Origin: Candidatus Aminicenantes bacterium
GTDB taxonomy: Bacteria > Acidobacteriota > Aminicenantia > Aminicenantales > Aminicenantaceae
Assembly: GCA_011772475.1 (NCBI GenBank)
Contig: WVZK01000086.1
Span: forward strand, 4,406-68,405
Length of the DNA stretch: 64,000 nucleotides
Direction: 5' to 3'
Below the pieces are notes generated by a model. That model saw nothing but the letters and a program-made list of their open reading frames with translations. It was not told the origin of the DNA and searched no databases. Shown piece by piece: positions 19,552-28,744 of the stretch. Made by a program: the position numbers and the translations under genes. Positions within the stretch are counted from its first letter, which is position 1; each line of letters starts with the position of its first letter.

Positions 19552-19668
19552 AAATTCCTCCCTTTTCCCAATCAGGGAAAGAAGTTTGTTTTTCTGTCTG
19601 CCACAGCTTTCCGCTCCCATGACGACCATTGAAATTTCTTATATAAGTAATAGATAAATTGAATCCCT

Positions 19669-19697
19669 AATTTAGCAAAGGAATAATTTGATGTCAA
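19669..19697 (-). promoter_or_regulatory. Promoter of the conserved core family for the M14 peptidase
   Basis: Minus strand TTGACA TCAAATTATTCCTTTGC TAAATT, 17-nt spacer. Shares 21 contiguous nt with 44160-44180. Confidence 0.65.
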
Positions 19698-19803
19698 AAG
19701 TTAAATAATAAAAAGACATTTTTTGTTTTTTTTCGTATAATTCTTTGAACACTCGATGTCTTTAAAGATTAGACTTCGCTAATAATAATTAAAGGAGGAG
19801 ATT

Positions 19804-21714
19804 ATGCGTACACGAGTTATATCGTTATTGGTAGTCGCATCCATCTTTATTTTTGGATGCGTTCCCCTGGAGGAAATGCCTCGCCTTATCCCTATGAAAG
19901 ATTTTTTCCGGAATCCGGAAAGTGCTGTATTTGGACTTTCTCCTGATGGAAGCCACCTCGCCTTTTTGAAGCCTTGGGAAAATCGACTAAATGTTCACGT
20001 GCAAAAAATAGGGGAAGATAAAATTACGCGAATCACCGGTGCAACGGAGAGAGATATTGCCGGCTATTATTGGGCGAATAATAATCGCATCGCTTATGTG
20101 CAGGATACTGCAGGTGACGAAAACTTCAGGTTATATGCAGTTAACATTGATGGGTCCGATCTAAAAGAACTCACGCCGTTTGAAAAAGTAAAGGTAGAGC
20201 TAATTGATAAGCTGAAGAATGACGATGAACACATGCTGATTTCGATGAACAAGCGTGATTCTCGTGTGTTTGATGTATATCGTATAAACATCAACTCGGG
20301 CAAGATGAATATGATAGCTCAAAATCCTGGGAATATCATGGGCTGGCATACCGACCATGACGGCAATCTGAGGATAGCCGTGACCACTGATGGTGTTAAC
20401 ACAAGTGTTCTTTACCGTGACTCCGAGAAGGATAAGTTCCAAACTTTGATCACAACCAATTTTAAAGAATCAATGTCGCCTTTGTTCTTCACGTTCGACA
20501 ATAAAAATCTTTACGTTGCTTCCAGCATAGGCCGAGATAAAACAGCTATATATGAATACGATATCAAAAATAAAAAACATGCAAAATTATTATATGAACA
20601 CCCTGAAGTTGATGTTGATGGTTTATTAAAATCGGATAAACGGAAGAAGATTACAGGCGTTACCTATATCGTCGATAAAAGACATTATCATTTCTTTGAT
20701 GATGAGAGAAAGACATTACAGGAAGGACTTGAGAAGCGGCTTCCAGGGTATGAAGTTGTGATCGTCAGCCGAAGTAAAGATGAGAGGAAAGTACTGGTTA
20801 GAACTTACAGCGACAGATCGCTTGGTTCCTATTATTACTTTAACCGAGACACGAATGACTTCAGAAAGCTCGTGGATATCAGTCCTTGGTTGAATGAAGA
20901 TGAGCTGGCTGAGATGAAGCCAATCACTTACAAATCACGGGATGGATTAACAATCCATGGATATTTAACAGTGCCCAAAGGCGCGAAACCTAAGAACCTT
21001 CCTGTTGTCGTCAATCCTCATGGCGGTCCCTGGGACAGAGATACATGGGGTTATAGGTCTCATGTTCAATTTCTTGCTAATCGAGGCTATGCTGTTTTAC
21101 AGATGAATTTCAGGACTTCTACAGGCTATGGACGTAAGTTCTGGGAAGCCGGCTTTAAACAATCGGGACTTGCCATCCAGGATGATATAACCGACGGAGT
21201 AAAATGGTTGATTAACCAAGGAATTGCCGACCCAAAACGTGTCGGAATTTACGGCGGTTCTTACGGAGGTTACTGCGTTCTAGCAGGGCTAGCATTCACT
21301 CCGGATTTATATGCTGCTGGTGTGGATTACGTCGGAATCTCTAGCTTTTTTACAATATTAAAGACCATTCCGCCTTACTGGGAACCTATGTTAGAGATGA
21401 TGTACGAAATGGTCGGCCATCCAGAAAAAGACAAGGAATTGTTCGAGAAAGTTTCGCCTCTATTTCACGCTGATAAAATTAAGGCTCCCTTGTTTGTCGC
21501 TCAAGGGGCCAACGATCCTAGGGTGAATAAACAGGAATCAGATCAGATTGTAGAAGCACTTAGAAAACGAGGTATTGATGTCGAATATATGGTAAAAGAA
21601 GATGAAGGGCATGGCTTCCGCAACGAGGAAAATAGGTTTGATTTCTATAGGGCAATGGAAAAATTCCTAGGCAAACACCTCGGAGGCAGAGTGGAGACAG
21701 AAACCAACGATTAA
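19804..21714 (+). CDS. S9 family peptidase lipoprotein
   Basis: MRTRVISLLVVASIFIFGC lipobox; propeller; GIYGGSYGGYCVLAGLA; AQGANDPRVNKQES; EGHGF. Confidence 0.93.
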   Translation: MRTRVISLLVVASIFIFGCVPLEEMPRLIPMKDFFRNPESAVFGLSPDGSHLAFLKPWENRLNVHVQKIGEDKITRITGATERDIAGYYWANNNRIAYVQDTAGDENFRLYAVNIDGSDLKELTPFEKVKVELIDKLKNDDEHMLISMNKRDSRVFDVYRININSGKMNMIAQNPGNIMGWHTDHDGNLRIAVTTDGVNTSVLYRDSEKDKFQTLITTNFKESMSPLFFTFDNKNLYVASSIGRDKTAIYEYDIKNKKHAKLLYEHPEVDVDGLLKSDKRKKITGVTYIVDKRHYHFFDDERKTLQEGLEKRLPGYEVVIVSRSKDERKVLVRTYSDRSLGSYYYFNRDTNDFRKLVDISPWLNEDELAEMKPITYKSRDGLTIHGYLTVPKGAKPKNLPVVVNPHGGPWDRDTWGYRSHVQFLANRGYAVLQMNFRTSTGYGRKFWEAGFKQSGLAIQDDITDGVKWLINQGIADPKRVGIYGGSYGGYCVLAGLAFTPDLYAAGVDYVGISSFFTILKTIPPYWEPMLEMMYEMVGHPEKDKELFEKVSPLFHADKIKAPLFVAQGANDPRVNKQESDQIVEALRKRGIDVEYMVKEDEGHGFRNEENRFDFYRAMEKFLGKHLGGRVETETND

Positions 21715-21757
21715 ATCGATATTTTTTTGTAGTTTGATTTATTTGGAGGTTTTACTT

Positions 21758-21904
21758 GTAGGGGCTTGATTTATCAAACTCACCTTTTATTTATCTAAGC
21801 GGGATTGTTTTTGTGTAGGGGCTTGATTATTCAAACCCACCTTATATTTATCTAAAGATGATTGTTTATGTGTAGGGGTTTGATTCATCAAACCCACCTT
21901 ATCC
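21758..21904. repeat. Tandem GTAG-palindrome array, 57-bp period
   Basis: Units start at 21758, 21815 and 21872 (57 + 57 nt). Spacers are also conserved (CACCTTnTATTTATCTAA...ATTGTTTnTGT). Confidence 0.92.
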
Positions 21905-21980
21905 ATTCTTTGGATTAAAAAACATACCAATATAATTGTGCTAAAATATAAAGTAACTCCTTATGGTAGGGAGATTATTA

Positions 21981-23027
21981 ATGAAAAAACAGAATAAACA
22001 TCCATTGGCATGGCTCAGTGGCAAAGATTATAAAACTGGCAAAAGCGACTCCAATCGTGCCTGCGAAGTTAGTCAGACCGATGTTTCTGATGCAAAACTC
22101 CTTGATGCCTATTCGCATGCTGTTATCTCAGTAGTCGAAGCAGTTGGCCCGGCCATTGTTAGTATCTCAATTGGCAGAGAGTCTCAGGAGCCTGAGTTTG
22201 ATCTGATTGGCGCAGGTTCTGGCTTTGTTATTACCCCAGATGGTTATATACTTACTAACAGCCATGTGGTCTCCAAAGCCAAGAAGTTGGAGACCATTTT
22301 TGTGGATAGAAAGAGGCTATCCACGACCGTCATAGGCAAGGATGATTCTACAGACCTGGCTGTGATTCAAGTCAATGCCTCAGGTTTGCCCTATGCTACG
22401 TTAGGGGATTCATCTGGATTGCGTGTTGGTCAGCTAGTGATTGCCATGGGTAATCCCTTTGGTTTTCAGTCCACTGTTTCCACTGGCGTGATCAGTGCTC
22501 TCGGGCGTTCGTTGCGCAGCCAGCAAGGACGTCTGATTGAAAACATTATCCAGCATACTGCTCCGCTTAATCCAGGAAACTCGGGTGGTCCGCTCTTGGA
22601 CTCAAGGGGGCGTGTTGTCGGAATCAACACGGCCATCATTCCTATGGCCCAGGGCATAGGATTTTCCATTCCTTCCGATACAGGGAAATGGGTGCTTACC
22701 CAGCTTATGACTCAAGGACGAGTACGTCGAAGCTACCTGGGAATAGTAGGCTATAAACGCCCCTTAGAAAGAAGGATTGTGCGCTTTCATAAGCTTAGCA
22801 AGGATCATGGAGTTGAAATAGTGTCCACTGATCCTAAAGGTCCAGCCAGGGAGGCGGATTTGCGCGTGGGCGATATTGTAGTTGAGGTCAATAATCAGGG
22901 TATGGGAAGTGTTGATGATATTTACCGTTTCTTGGCCGAATGGCCTATTGGTCGCCCGCTGACTGTTACTGTGCTTCGTGGTAAAGATCGGATTAATCTA
23001 GAGGTCGTTCCCACTGAGGCAAGTTAA
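21981..23027 (+). CDS. S1C serine protease with PDZ domain (HtrA/DegP-like)
   Basis: GAGSGFVITPDGYILTNSHVV, DSTDLAVIQV, NPGNSGGPLLDSRGRVVGINTAII, C-terminal PDZ (GVEIVSTDPKGPAREADLRVGDIVVEVNNQ). Confidence 0.93.
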   Translation: MKKQNKHPLAWLSGKDYKTGKSDSNRACEVSQTDVSDAKLLDAYSHAVISVVEAVGPAIVSISIGRESQEPEFDLIGAGSGFVITPDGYILTNSHVVSKAKKLETIFVDRKRLSTTVIGKDDSTDLAVIQVNASGLPYATLGDSSGLRVGQLVIAMGNPFGFQSTVSTGVISALGRSLRSQQGRLIENIIQHTAPLNPGNSGGPLLDSRGRVVGINTAIIPMAQGIGFSIPSDTGKWVLTQLMTQGRVRRSYLGIVGYKRPLERRIVRFHKLSKDHGVEIVSTDPKGPAREADLRVGDIVVEVNNQGMGSVDDIYRFLAEWPIGRPLTVTVLRGKDRINLEVVPTEAS

Positions 23028-23104
23028 TCATAATCTCATCCCAACCTGTCTGCATTTGATTTATCTGCAAGGATTTGACCTGTTTGCCTAGGATTATTTT
23101 CTTT

Positions 23105-23135
23105 GTAGAGGCTTGATTTATCAAGCCCACCTTAT
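23105..23135. repeat. GTAG-palindrome repeat, C/G-type arms
   Basis: GTAGAGGCTTGATTTATCAAGCCCACC. Confidence 0.85.
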
Positions 23136-23288
23136 ATGAACTTTAGGCATTTATTTTGTTTGTATAGGAGTGATCTAAGTTTATTGGGGGCCTAAATAGG
23201 TGCTGGACGCCGTACCTAAAATGTAACGTTTTCCTTATTTTTTTCGTATATATATATAGAAGTGGAGAGCAGAGAATGAGGTTAAAAA

Positions 23289-23438
23289 ATGAGATTAATA
23301 ACAAAGATAGAAATTTTTCTCATGGCCATCGTTTTAACCTTTTTTCTGTTCAACATAATGATTCCTCCCTCGGCAGTAGACCTTTTAAGGATTGGAAATC
23401 AAGCAGGATATGAAATTATTGTAAACGTAGTGCCTTGA
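23289..23438 (+). CDS. Possible 49-aa membrane/secreted small protein
   Basis: Hand translation MRLITKIEIFLMAIVLTFFLFNIMIPPSAVDLLRIGNQAGYEIIVNVVP*. No strong ribosome-binding site. Confidence 0.35.
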   Translation: MRLITKIEIFLMAIVLTFFLFNIMIPPSAVDLLRIGNQAGYEIIVNVVP

Positions 23439-23478
23439 GAGCTAGAAAAAACGCCTTTCGTATACATCAGGATAATAT

Positions 23479-23859
23479 CTAATACAGCTTCTCTATCTCC
23501 TCTGTGTCAATGTGGAGGTGTCCTTTACGTTTTTCCCCCCTGAGAGGTCCTTCAAACCAAGCGACAGTCACCAGGCTGAGGGCTTCTAGCCTGTGGGTTT
23601 CTCCCATAGGGGTAAATACCATATCGCCAGGGCCAACCTCGAAAGGATCAGCTGTACCAGTTACAAGAGCTCGGCCGTTAATTATTATCCACCATTCATC
23701 ACAATCATGGTAGTGCACGTCTGAAGATGCTCCCTCGGATAAAGTGTCGACGCCATAGTTACAGATTATCGAATCCTCCGGCATGGGATCTATAGGTGAG
23801 AGTTTAGCCGTAATAAAAGCAGGAGGATTCTCGTATTGTTTTGCTCGGATATGTCGCAT
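23479..23859 (-). CDS. Cupin-domain protein
   Basis: VHYHDCDEWWIIINGRALVTGTADPFEVGPGDMVFTPMGETHRLEALS. Confidence 0.85.
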   Translation of the reverse strand: MRHIRAKQYENPPAFITAKLSPIDPMPEDSIICNYGVDTLSEGASSDVHYHDCDEWWIIINGRALVTGTADPFEVGPGDMVFTPMGETHRLEALSLVTVAWFEGPLRGEKRKGHLHIDTEEIEKLY

Positions 23860-24068
23860 GAGACTTTCTCCTCTATGTTAAATTACCCAACAATCAAATA
23901 AATAAATAGCCAAGTTATATATAAACAGTTACATCACCATCGTAACAATCCGCCGCTTACTTTTCTGTCTACGTCCATATTCTAAAGAAATCGATTCTGA
24001 TACGGAAAATATTCTAAGATATAGATACATAAAAGCGTGCTCGCTGTCAATAAACCTATTCTGCAGAG

Positions 24069-24097
24069 TTGACTATTTTGAAAGTAATTGTTATTCT
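24069..24097 (+). promoter_or_regulatory. Promoter sharing its leader with the promoter at 56262
   Basis: TTGACT-N17-TATTCT followed by TTTGCC; TTGTTATTCTTTTGCC is identical to 56281-56296. Confidence 0.5.
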
Positions 24098-24135
24098 TTT
24101 GCCACATTTGCAGAAGGAAAAAGAGGAAATGCAAG

Positions 24136-24185
24136 GCCTTTTGTTTCTTGAAATCATAATCCTTATCGAAGACAAAAGGCTTTTT
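24136..24185 (+). terminator. Possible intrinsic terminator
   Basis: GCCTTTTGTTTC ... GAAGACAAAAGGC followed by TTTTT. Confidence 0.45.
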
Positions 24186-24275
24186 ATATTATGGGGAAGA
24201 GAAAGCAAATTTGATACAATAGTTGCCAAGGAATATTCCCTAAGATAATCATAGATGAGAAAGGAGGAATGAGCC

Positions 24276-24569
24276 ATGTTTGCCAGGCAGACCACATTTC
24301 ATTATAGGGTAAACGAGTTAGATAAAGCCGTGGAGATAGTTAAGGAGAGCATTGTCCCTGCGGCTAAATCGCAGAAAGGTTATCAAGGATTCTATTACTT
24401 GATAGACCGTAAAACAGGCAAAGCAGTCGCCATTGTCCTGTGGGATAGCGAGGAGGACGCTATGGCTAATGAAAAGAGCCATTACTACCAAGAACAGTTG
24501 GTCAAGACCATGCATTTATACAGAGAACCCCCTATTCGCGAAGGATATGAGATCGTTGTCAAAGAATAA
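24276..24569 (+). CDS. Small dimeric alpha/beta-barrel (ABM-like) protein, paralog 1
   Basis: 97 aa, MFARQTTFHYRVNELDKAVEIVKESIVPAAKSQKGYQGFYYLIDRKTGKAVAIVLWDSEEDAMANE...PPIREGYEIVVKE. AAAGGAGG upstream. Confidence 0.75.
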   Translation: MFARQTTFHYRVNELDKAVEIVKESIVPAAKSQKGYQGFYYLIDRKTGKAVAIVLWDSEEDAMANEKSHYYQEQLVKTMHLYREPPIREGYEIVVKE

Positions 24570-24581
24570 TTGGAGGGAAAG

Positions 24582-27500
24582 ATGAGCACGAAATGCCCTA
24601 AATGTGATTTTGATAATCCTTCTGACACAAGGTTTTGTGGAAGTTGTGGAACAAAACTCCCTCCAGAAGAAGAAGTTTCGGCTCCTCTAACTAAGACTCT
24701 TGAAACACCCATAAAAGAATTAAAGACAGGGAGCATTTTTGCTTCCAGGTACGAGGTCATTGAAGAACTGGGCAAAGGCGGCATGGGCAAGGTTTATAAA
24801 GTCCTTGATAAAGAAGTGAACGAGAAGATAGCCCTGAAGCTCTTAAATCCTGAGATTGGAGCAGATGAGAAAACGATCGATCGCTTCCGGAACGAGCTGA
24901 AGTTTGCCCGTAAGATTGGTCACAGGAACGTTTGCCGCATGTATGATCTAAGCAGAGAAGAGGGTACTCATTACATCACCATGGAGTATATTCCTGGTGA
25001 AGATTTGAAGAGTACGATAATTAGGGTGGGACAACTCAGTGTAGGGAAAGCGACTTTTATAGCTAAGCAAGTATGCGAAGGCCTGGCTGAAGCGCACAGA
25101 TTAGGCGTTGTACACCGTGATCTAAAGCCCCAGAACATAATGCTGGATAAGCAGGGTAATGCCCGGATAATGGATTTTGGAATAGCTCGCTCACTTAAAG
25201 CTAAGGGATTAACAGGCGCAGGTGTGATGATCGGAACACCCGAGTACATGTCTCCAGAGCAGGCAGAAGTGAAAGAGGTAGACCAACGTTCTGATATCTA
25301 TTCGTTGGGAGTGATCCTTTATGAAATGGTTACCGGGAGAGTGCCTTTTGAAGGAGAAACGCCTCTAAATATAGCCATGAAGCACAAGAGCGAGGCTCCT
25401 CGAAATCCAAAAGAGCTCAATTCTCAGATTCCCGAAGACTTAAGCCGGGTGATACTAAGATGCCTGGAGAAGGACAAGGAAAAAAGGTATCAAGGAGCTG
25501 AAACTATCCTTTCTGAGTTAGCCAGCATAGAAAAAGGCATGCCAACCACAGAGAGAGTGATTCCAGAGAGAAAGCCCATCACATCACGAGAAATAACAGT
25601 AACTATCGGATTAAAAAAACTTTTTATCCCAGCCTTAGTAGTTATAGGTCTGGCAGTAATTGGAATAGCTATCTGGCAGCTTATTCCCGGAAGAGAGCCA
25701 GTTAAGACTTCAGTAGCGGTGATAAACTTTGAAAACCAAACAGGGGATAAAGCTTATGATTATCTTCAAGAAGCCATCCCTAATCTTTTAATCACAAGTC
25801 TTGAGCAATCGAAATATCTGCAGGTAACGACATGGGAAAGAATGCATGATCTTCTTAAGCAAATAGGGAAGCAGGATGTGGAGATAATTGATAAGGATTT
25901 AGGCTTTGAGTTGTGTCGAATGGACGGCGTCAATGCTATTGTCCTGGGGAGTTTCGTCAAAGCCGGCGATGTATTTGCAACAGACGTTAAAGTTTTGGAT
26001 GTAGAAACCAAAGAACTTCTGAAGAGCGCCAGCTCAAAAGGCGAAGGAGTTGGGAGCATACTGGAAAGACAGATTGGTGAACTGAGCAGGGATATTTCCC
26101 GAGGTATAGGCATATCTGAGCGCAAGATAGAAGCAATTCAACCCAGGATTGCTGAGGTTACGACTAATTCGATGGATGCCTATAACTATTTCTTGAGAGG
26201 AAGAGAGGACTTTGAAAAATTCTATTATGAAGAAGCCCGCCAGTCTCTCGAGAAGGCAGTCGAGCTTGATCCCAACTTTGCTGTTGCCTATCTCTGGCTT
26301 GCGCGGTCATACTCTTCGTTAGGAGAGAGAAAGGCAAGAATTGAAGCCTGCGAGAAAGCTAAAACTCTTTCGGGGAAGGCTACGGATAAAGAGAGACTTT
26401 ATATAGAAGCAGATTATGCTAGGGTAATTGAAAGAGATCCAGAAAAAAGATTTCGTATCCTGAAAGAAATGGCCAGGAAATATCCCAAAGAGAAACGAAT
26501 TCATTACCATTTAGGTTCTTATTATGGCGGCAAAAGGATGTATGACGAAGGAATAGAAGAATACAACAAAGCACTGGAGCTTGATCCCAACTATGGATAT
26601 GCCCTTAATTCGCTGGCCTACACATACTCTGACATAGGAAATTATGAAAAGGCTATCGAGTATTTTAAGAAGTATGCCTCTGTCTCGCCCGGGGATGCCA
26701 ATCCTTTAGATTCCATGGCGGAGCTTTATTTCCGGATGGGAAGGCTTGATGAGGCGATAGCAAAATATAAAGAAACATTAGAAGTTAAGCCTGATTTTTT
26801 CCAAACATACTGGAGAGTTGGATACATCTATGCTTTAAAGCAACGTTACGATGAAGCGATGAAATGGATTGATAAGGATATTGCTGCAGCTCCATCTCTT
26901 GGAGCAAAAGGTCTGGGATATTTTTGGAAAGGTTTTTATCAATACTGGCTCGGCAATTTTGAAGTGTCGTTAAGTGGCTTTCGGAGAAACCTGGATCTTG
27001 CCGAAGCGGTTGGACAAGATGTTATGAAAGCCTGGACAGAATGGATGATAGGCTTGGTCTATTATGACAGGGGAGAGCCTGAACTGAGCCGGGAATACTT
27101 TAAAAGCTGGTTCGATTTTATAAAAGAATATAATCCATCATACATACCAGATTATACTATAGATTACAATTTCATTCTTGCTTTAGTAGACTTGAATCAA
27201 GGGCGAATCGATTCAGCAAAGTCCAGATTAGCTGAGATAAAATCACTTTTGCCTGAAATAGATCCGTCTAGTGAAGATCGGGCAGAATTTGAATATGATT
27301 TTCTCCACGGAGAAGTGTTGCTTTTAGAAGGCTCCTTAGAGAAGGCTATCGACGTACTAGTAAAAGCATCGCCTTTAGGAAAACCTCCGCGTATACAGTA
27401 TATAGGTCCCTATAACTTTCCATTTCTTAAAGATGTGCTGGCAAGAGCTTATCAACAAAAAGGAGAATTAGACAAAGCCATTGCCGAATATGAGCGGCTG

Positions 27501-27707
27501 ATTACCTTTGATCCAAACCGTGAGGAACGCTATCTTATTCATCCAAAATATTATTACAGGTTGGCCAAATTATACGAAGAGAAGGGCTGGACCGGGAAAG
27601 CTATAGAACACCACGAGAAATTTCTCCATTTCTGGAAGAATGCTGATGAAGGGCTGCCAGAATTAGTAGATGCAAAAAAACGCCTTGCCGCCCTCAAAGC
27701 CAAGTAA
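24582..27707 (+). CDS. Zinc-ribbon Ser/Thr protein kinase with TM, CsgG/TolB-like region and C-terminal TPRs
   Basis: [19 protein letters not shown]; [13 protein letters not shown]; [12 protein letters not shown]; MDFGIARS; [21 protein letters not shown]; [27 protein letters not shown]; multiple TPR motifs. Confidence 0.93.
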   Translation: MSTKCPKCDFDNPSDTRFCGSCGTKLPPEEEVSAPLTKTLETPIKELKTGSIFASRYEVIEELGKGGMGKVYKVLDKEVNEKIALKLLNPEIGADEKTIDRFRNELKFARKIGHRNVCRMYDLSREEGTHYITMEYIPGEDLKSTIIRVGQLSVGKATFIAKQVCEGLAEAHRLGVVHRDLKPQNIMLDKQGNARIMDFGIARSLKAKGLTGAGVMIGTPEYMSPEQAEVKEVDQRSDIYSLGVILYEMVTGRVPFEGETPLNIAMKHKSEAPRNPKELNSQIPEDLSRVILRCLEKDKEKRYQGAETILSELASIEKGMPTTERVIPERKPITSREITVTIGLKKLFIPALVVIGLAVIGIAIWQLIPGREPVKTSVAVINFENQTGDKAYDYLQEAIPNLLITSLEQSKYLQVTTWERMHDLLKQIGKQDVEIIDKDLGFELCRMDGVNAIVLGSFVKAGDVFATDVKVLDVETKELLKSASSKGEGVGSILERQIGELSRDISRGIGISERKIEAIQPRIAEVTTNSMDAYNYFLRGREDFEKFYYEEARQSLEKAVELDPNFAVAYLWLARSYSSLGERKARIEACEKAKTLSGKATDKERLYIEADYARVIERDPEKRFRILKEMARKYPKEKRIHYHLGSYYGGKRMYDEGIEEYNKALELDPNYGYALNSLAYTYSDIGNYEKAIEYFKKYASVSPGDANPLDSMAELYFRMGRLDEAIAKYKETLEVKPDFFQTYWRVGYIYALKQRYDEAMKWIDKDIAAAPSLGAKGLGYFWKGFYQYWLGNFEVSLSGFRRNLDLAEAVGQDVMKAWTEWMIGLVYYDRGEPELSREYFKSWFDFIKEYNPSYIPDYTIDYNFILALVDLNQGRIDSAKSRLAEIKSLLPEIDPSSEDRAEFEYDFLHGEVLLLEGSLEKAIDVLVKASPLGKPPRIQYIGPYNFPFLKDVLARAYQQKGELDKAIAEYERLITFDPNREERYLIHPKYYYRLAKLYEEKGWTGKAIEHHEKFLHFWKNADEGLPELVDAKKRLAALKAK

Positions 27708-27719
27708 AAAGGTAACATA

Positions 27720-27806
27720 AAAAGGGGACAGGCTAGTTTTTCGAAAATTTCGTAGGGGTTTGATTTATCAAACCCGCACATTAAAAAAGTAGCCTGTCCC
27801 TTTTTT
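27720..27806. repeat. Nested element: AAAGGGGACAGGCTA inverted repeat enclosing a GTAG-palindrome
   Basis: Left arm AAAAGGGGACAGGCTA; right arm TAGCCTGTCCCTTTTTT; GTAGGGGTTTGATTTATCAAACCCGCAC at 27752 inside. Confidence 0.88.
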
Positions 27807-27817
27807 CTTAGACTTTT

Positions 27818-27945
27818 AGGGGCTTGATTCATCGTAGGGGCTTGATTTATCAAGCCCACCTTATTTAATATGGTTACAAATACCTGCTTTGATAAATCAA
27901 ACCCCTACAAGATAATTAGAGGGATTTGAGAAATCAAATCCCTTT
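27818..27945. repeat. Cluster of GTAG-palindromes including an inverted pair
   Basis: Partial copy at 27818, forward copy 27834 (GTAGGGGCTTGATTTATCAAGCCCACC), inverted copy ending CTAC at 27908, degenerate copy 27920-27944. Confidence 0.88.
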
Positions 27946-27994
27946 AGGTAAATCCAAATCGACAAACAAAAGTTGGAATGTTTAACGCCTAATT

Positions 27995-28660
27995 CTATTC
28001 AAATACCTCCTTGAAGATTTCGACAAGGTCCAACGCGTATTCAATCATGGTGAGAGGGATTCCCTTTTCTTTGGCTATGGTGTCAAACCTTCCGTCTTTG
28101 TTCCCATCTCCGGTAACAATAAGATAGTCTGCGAAAGGAGCTACAGCATCTATCATCCTTTCGTTGTCGCTCCCCGGAGCTCCTCTTTTTGAAGTTCCTC
28201 CAACATGAACGGCGATGATGAACATCTTTTTTTTCTTGCAATTATCAATGATCTTTTTCAACCGGCTCACTTCAGTTTCTACAGTAAGCCCTGATGCACC
28301 CATGCCCTTCAAGCTGGCTCCAATAGCTATAATCACCGTTTTATATGGAGTTCCTTCTGGGAACTTTTCTTTATCCGTATAGACCTCGACATGAAAGCCA
28401 GGGCCGGACTCTTTTCCTGCAAGACCGACGCCCGCATTCACGATTTCAACATCAGGCACATCGCAGTAATCGTATGCTATTCCAGCCTCTTCGAGAACGA
28501 TGTTTATCGTTGTAACATCCGGACTTTGACCAGCAGAGGTGGTGAGCACAGGCAATCTAGCTTTGGCAATTTCTGCTTCTGAAAAACCAGGCATTGTTAG
28601 ACCGAGATAAATAATTAAAAAGAGAGACAATGCTTGACCTGATATCTTTAATTTTTTCAT
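27995..28660 (-). CDS. Secreted DUF6305-like protein
   Basis: MKKLKISGQALSLFLIIYLGL signal; LPVLTTSAGQSPDVTTINIVLEEAGIAYDYCDVPDVE; AIGASLKGMGASG; VHVGGTSKRGAPGSDNERMI. Confidence 0.6.
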   Translation of the reverse strand: MKKLKISGQALSLFLIIYLGLTMPGFSEAEIAKARLPVLTTSAGQSPDVTTINIVLEEAGIAYDYCDVPDVEIVNAGVGLAGKESGPGFHVEVYTDKEKFPEGTPYKTVIIAIGASLKGMGASGLTVETEVSRLKKIIDNCKKKKMFIIAVHVGGTSKRGAPGSDNERMIDAVAPFADYLIVTGDGNKDGRFDTIAKEKGIPLTMIEYALDLVEIFKEVFE

Positions 28661-28744
28661 TTGAAACACTATCTCCTTATGTGTATTTAACACATTTGTA
28701 TTTAATTCACTACTGCTTTGTCTTGGCGACCAGACAGTGCGAGG

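Noticed and set aside
21758-21904. Possible CRISPR array (regular 57-bp period)
   Set aside because: The inter-repeat segments are homologous to each other, so the whole 57-bp unit is duplicated; only three units and no cas genes.
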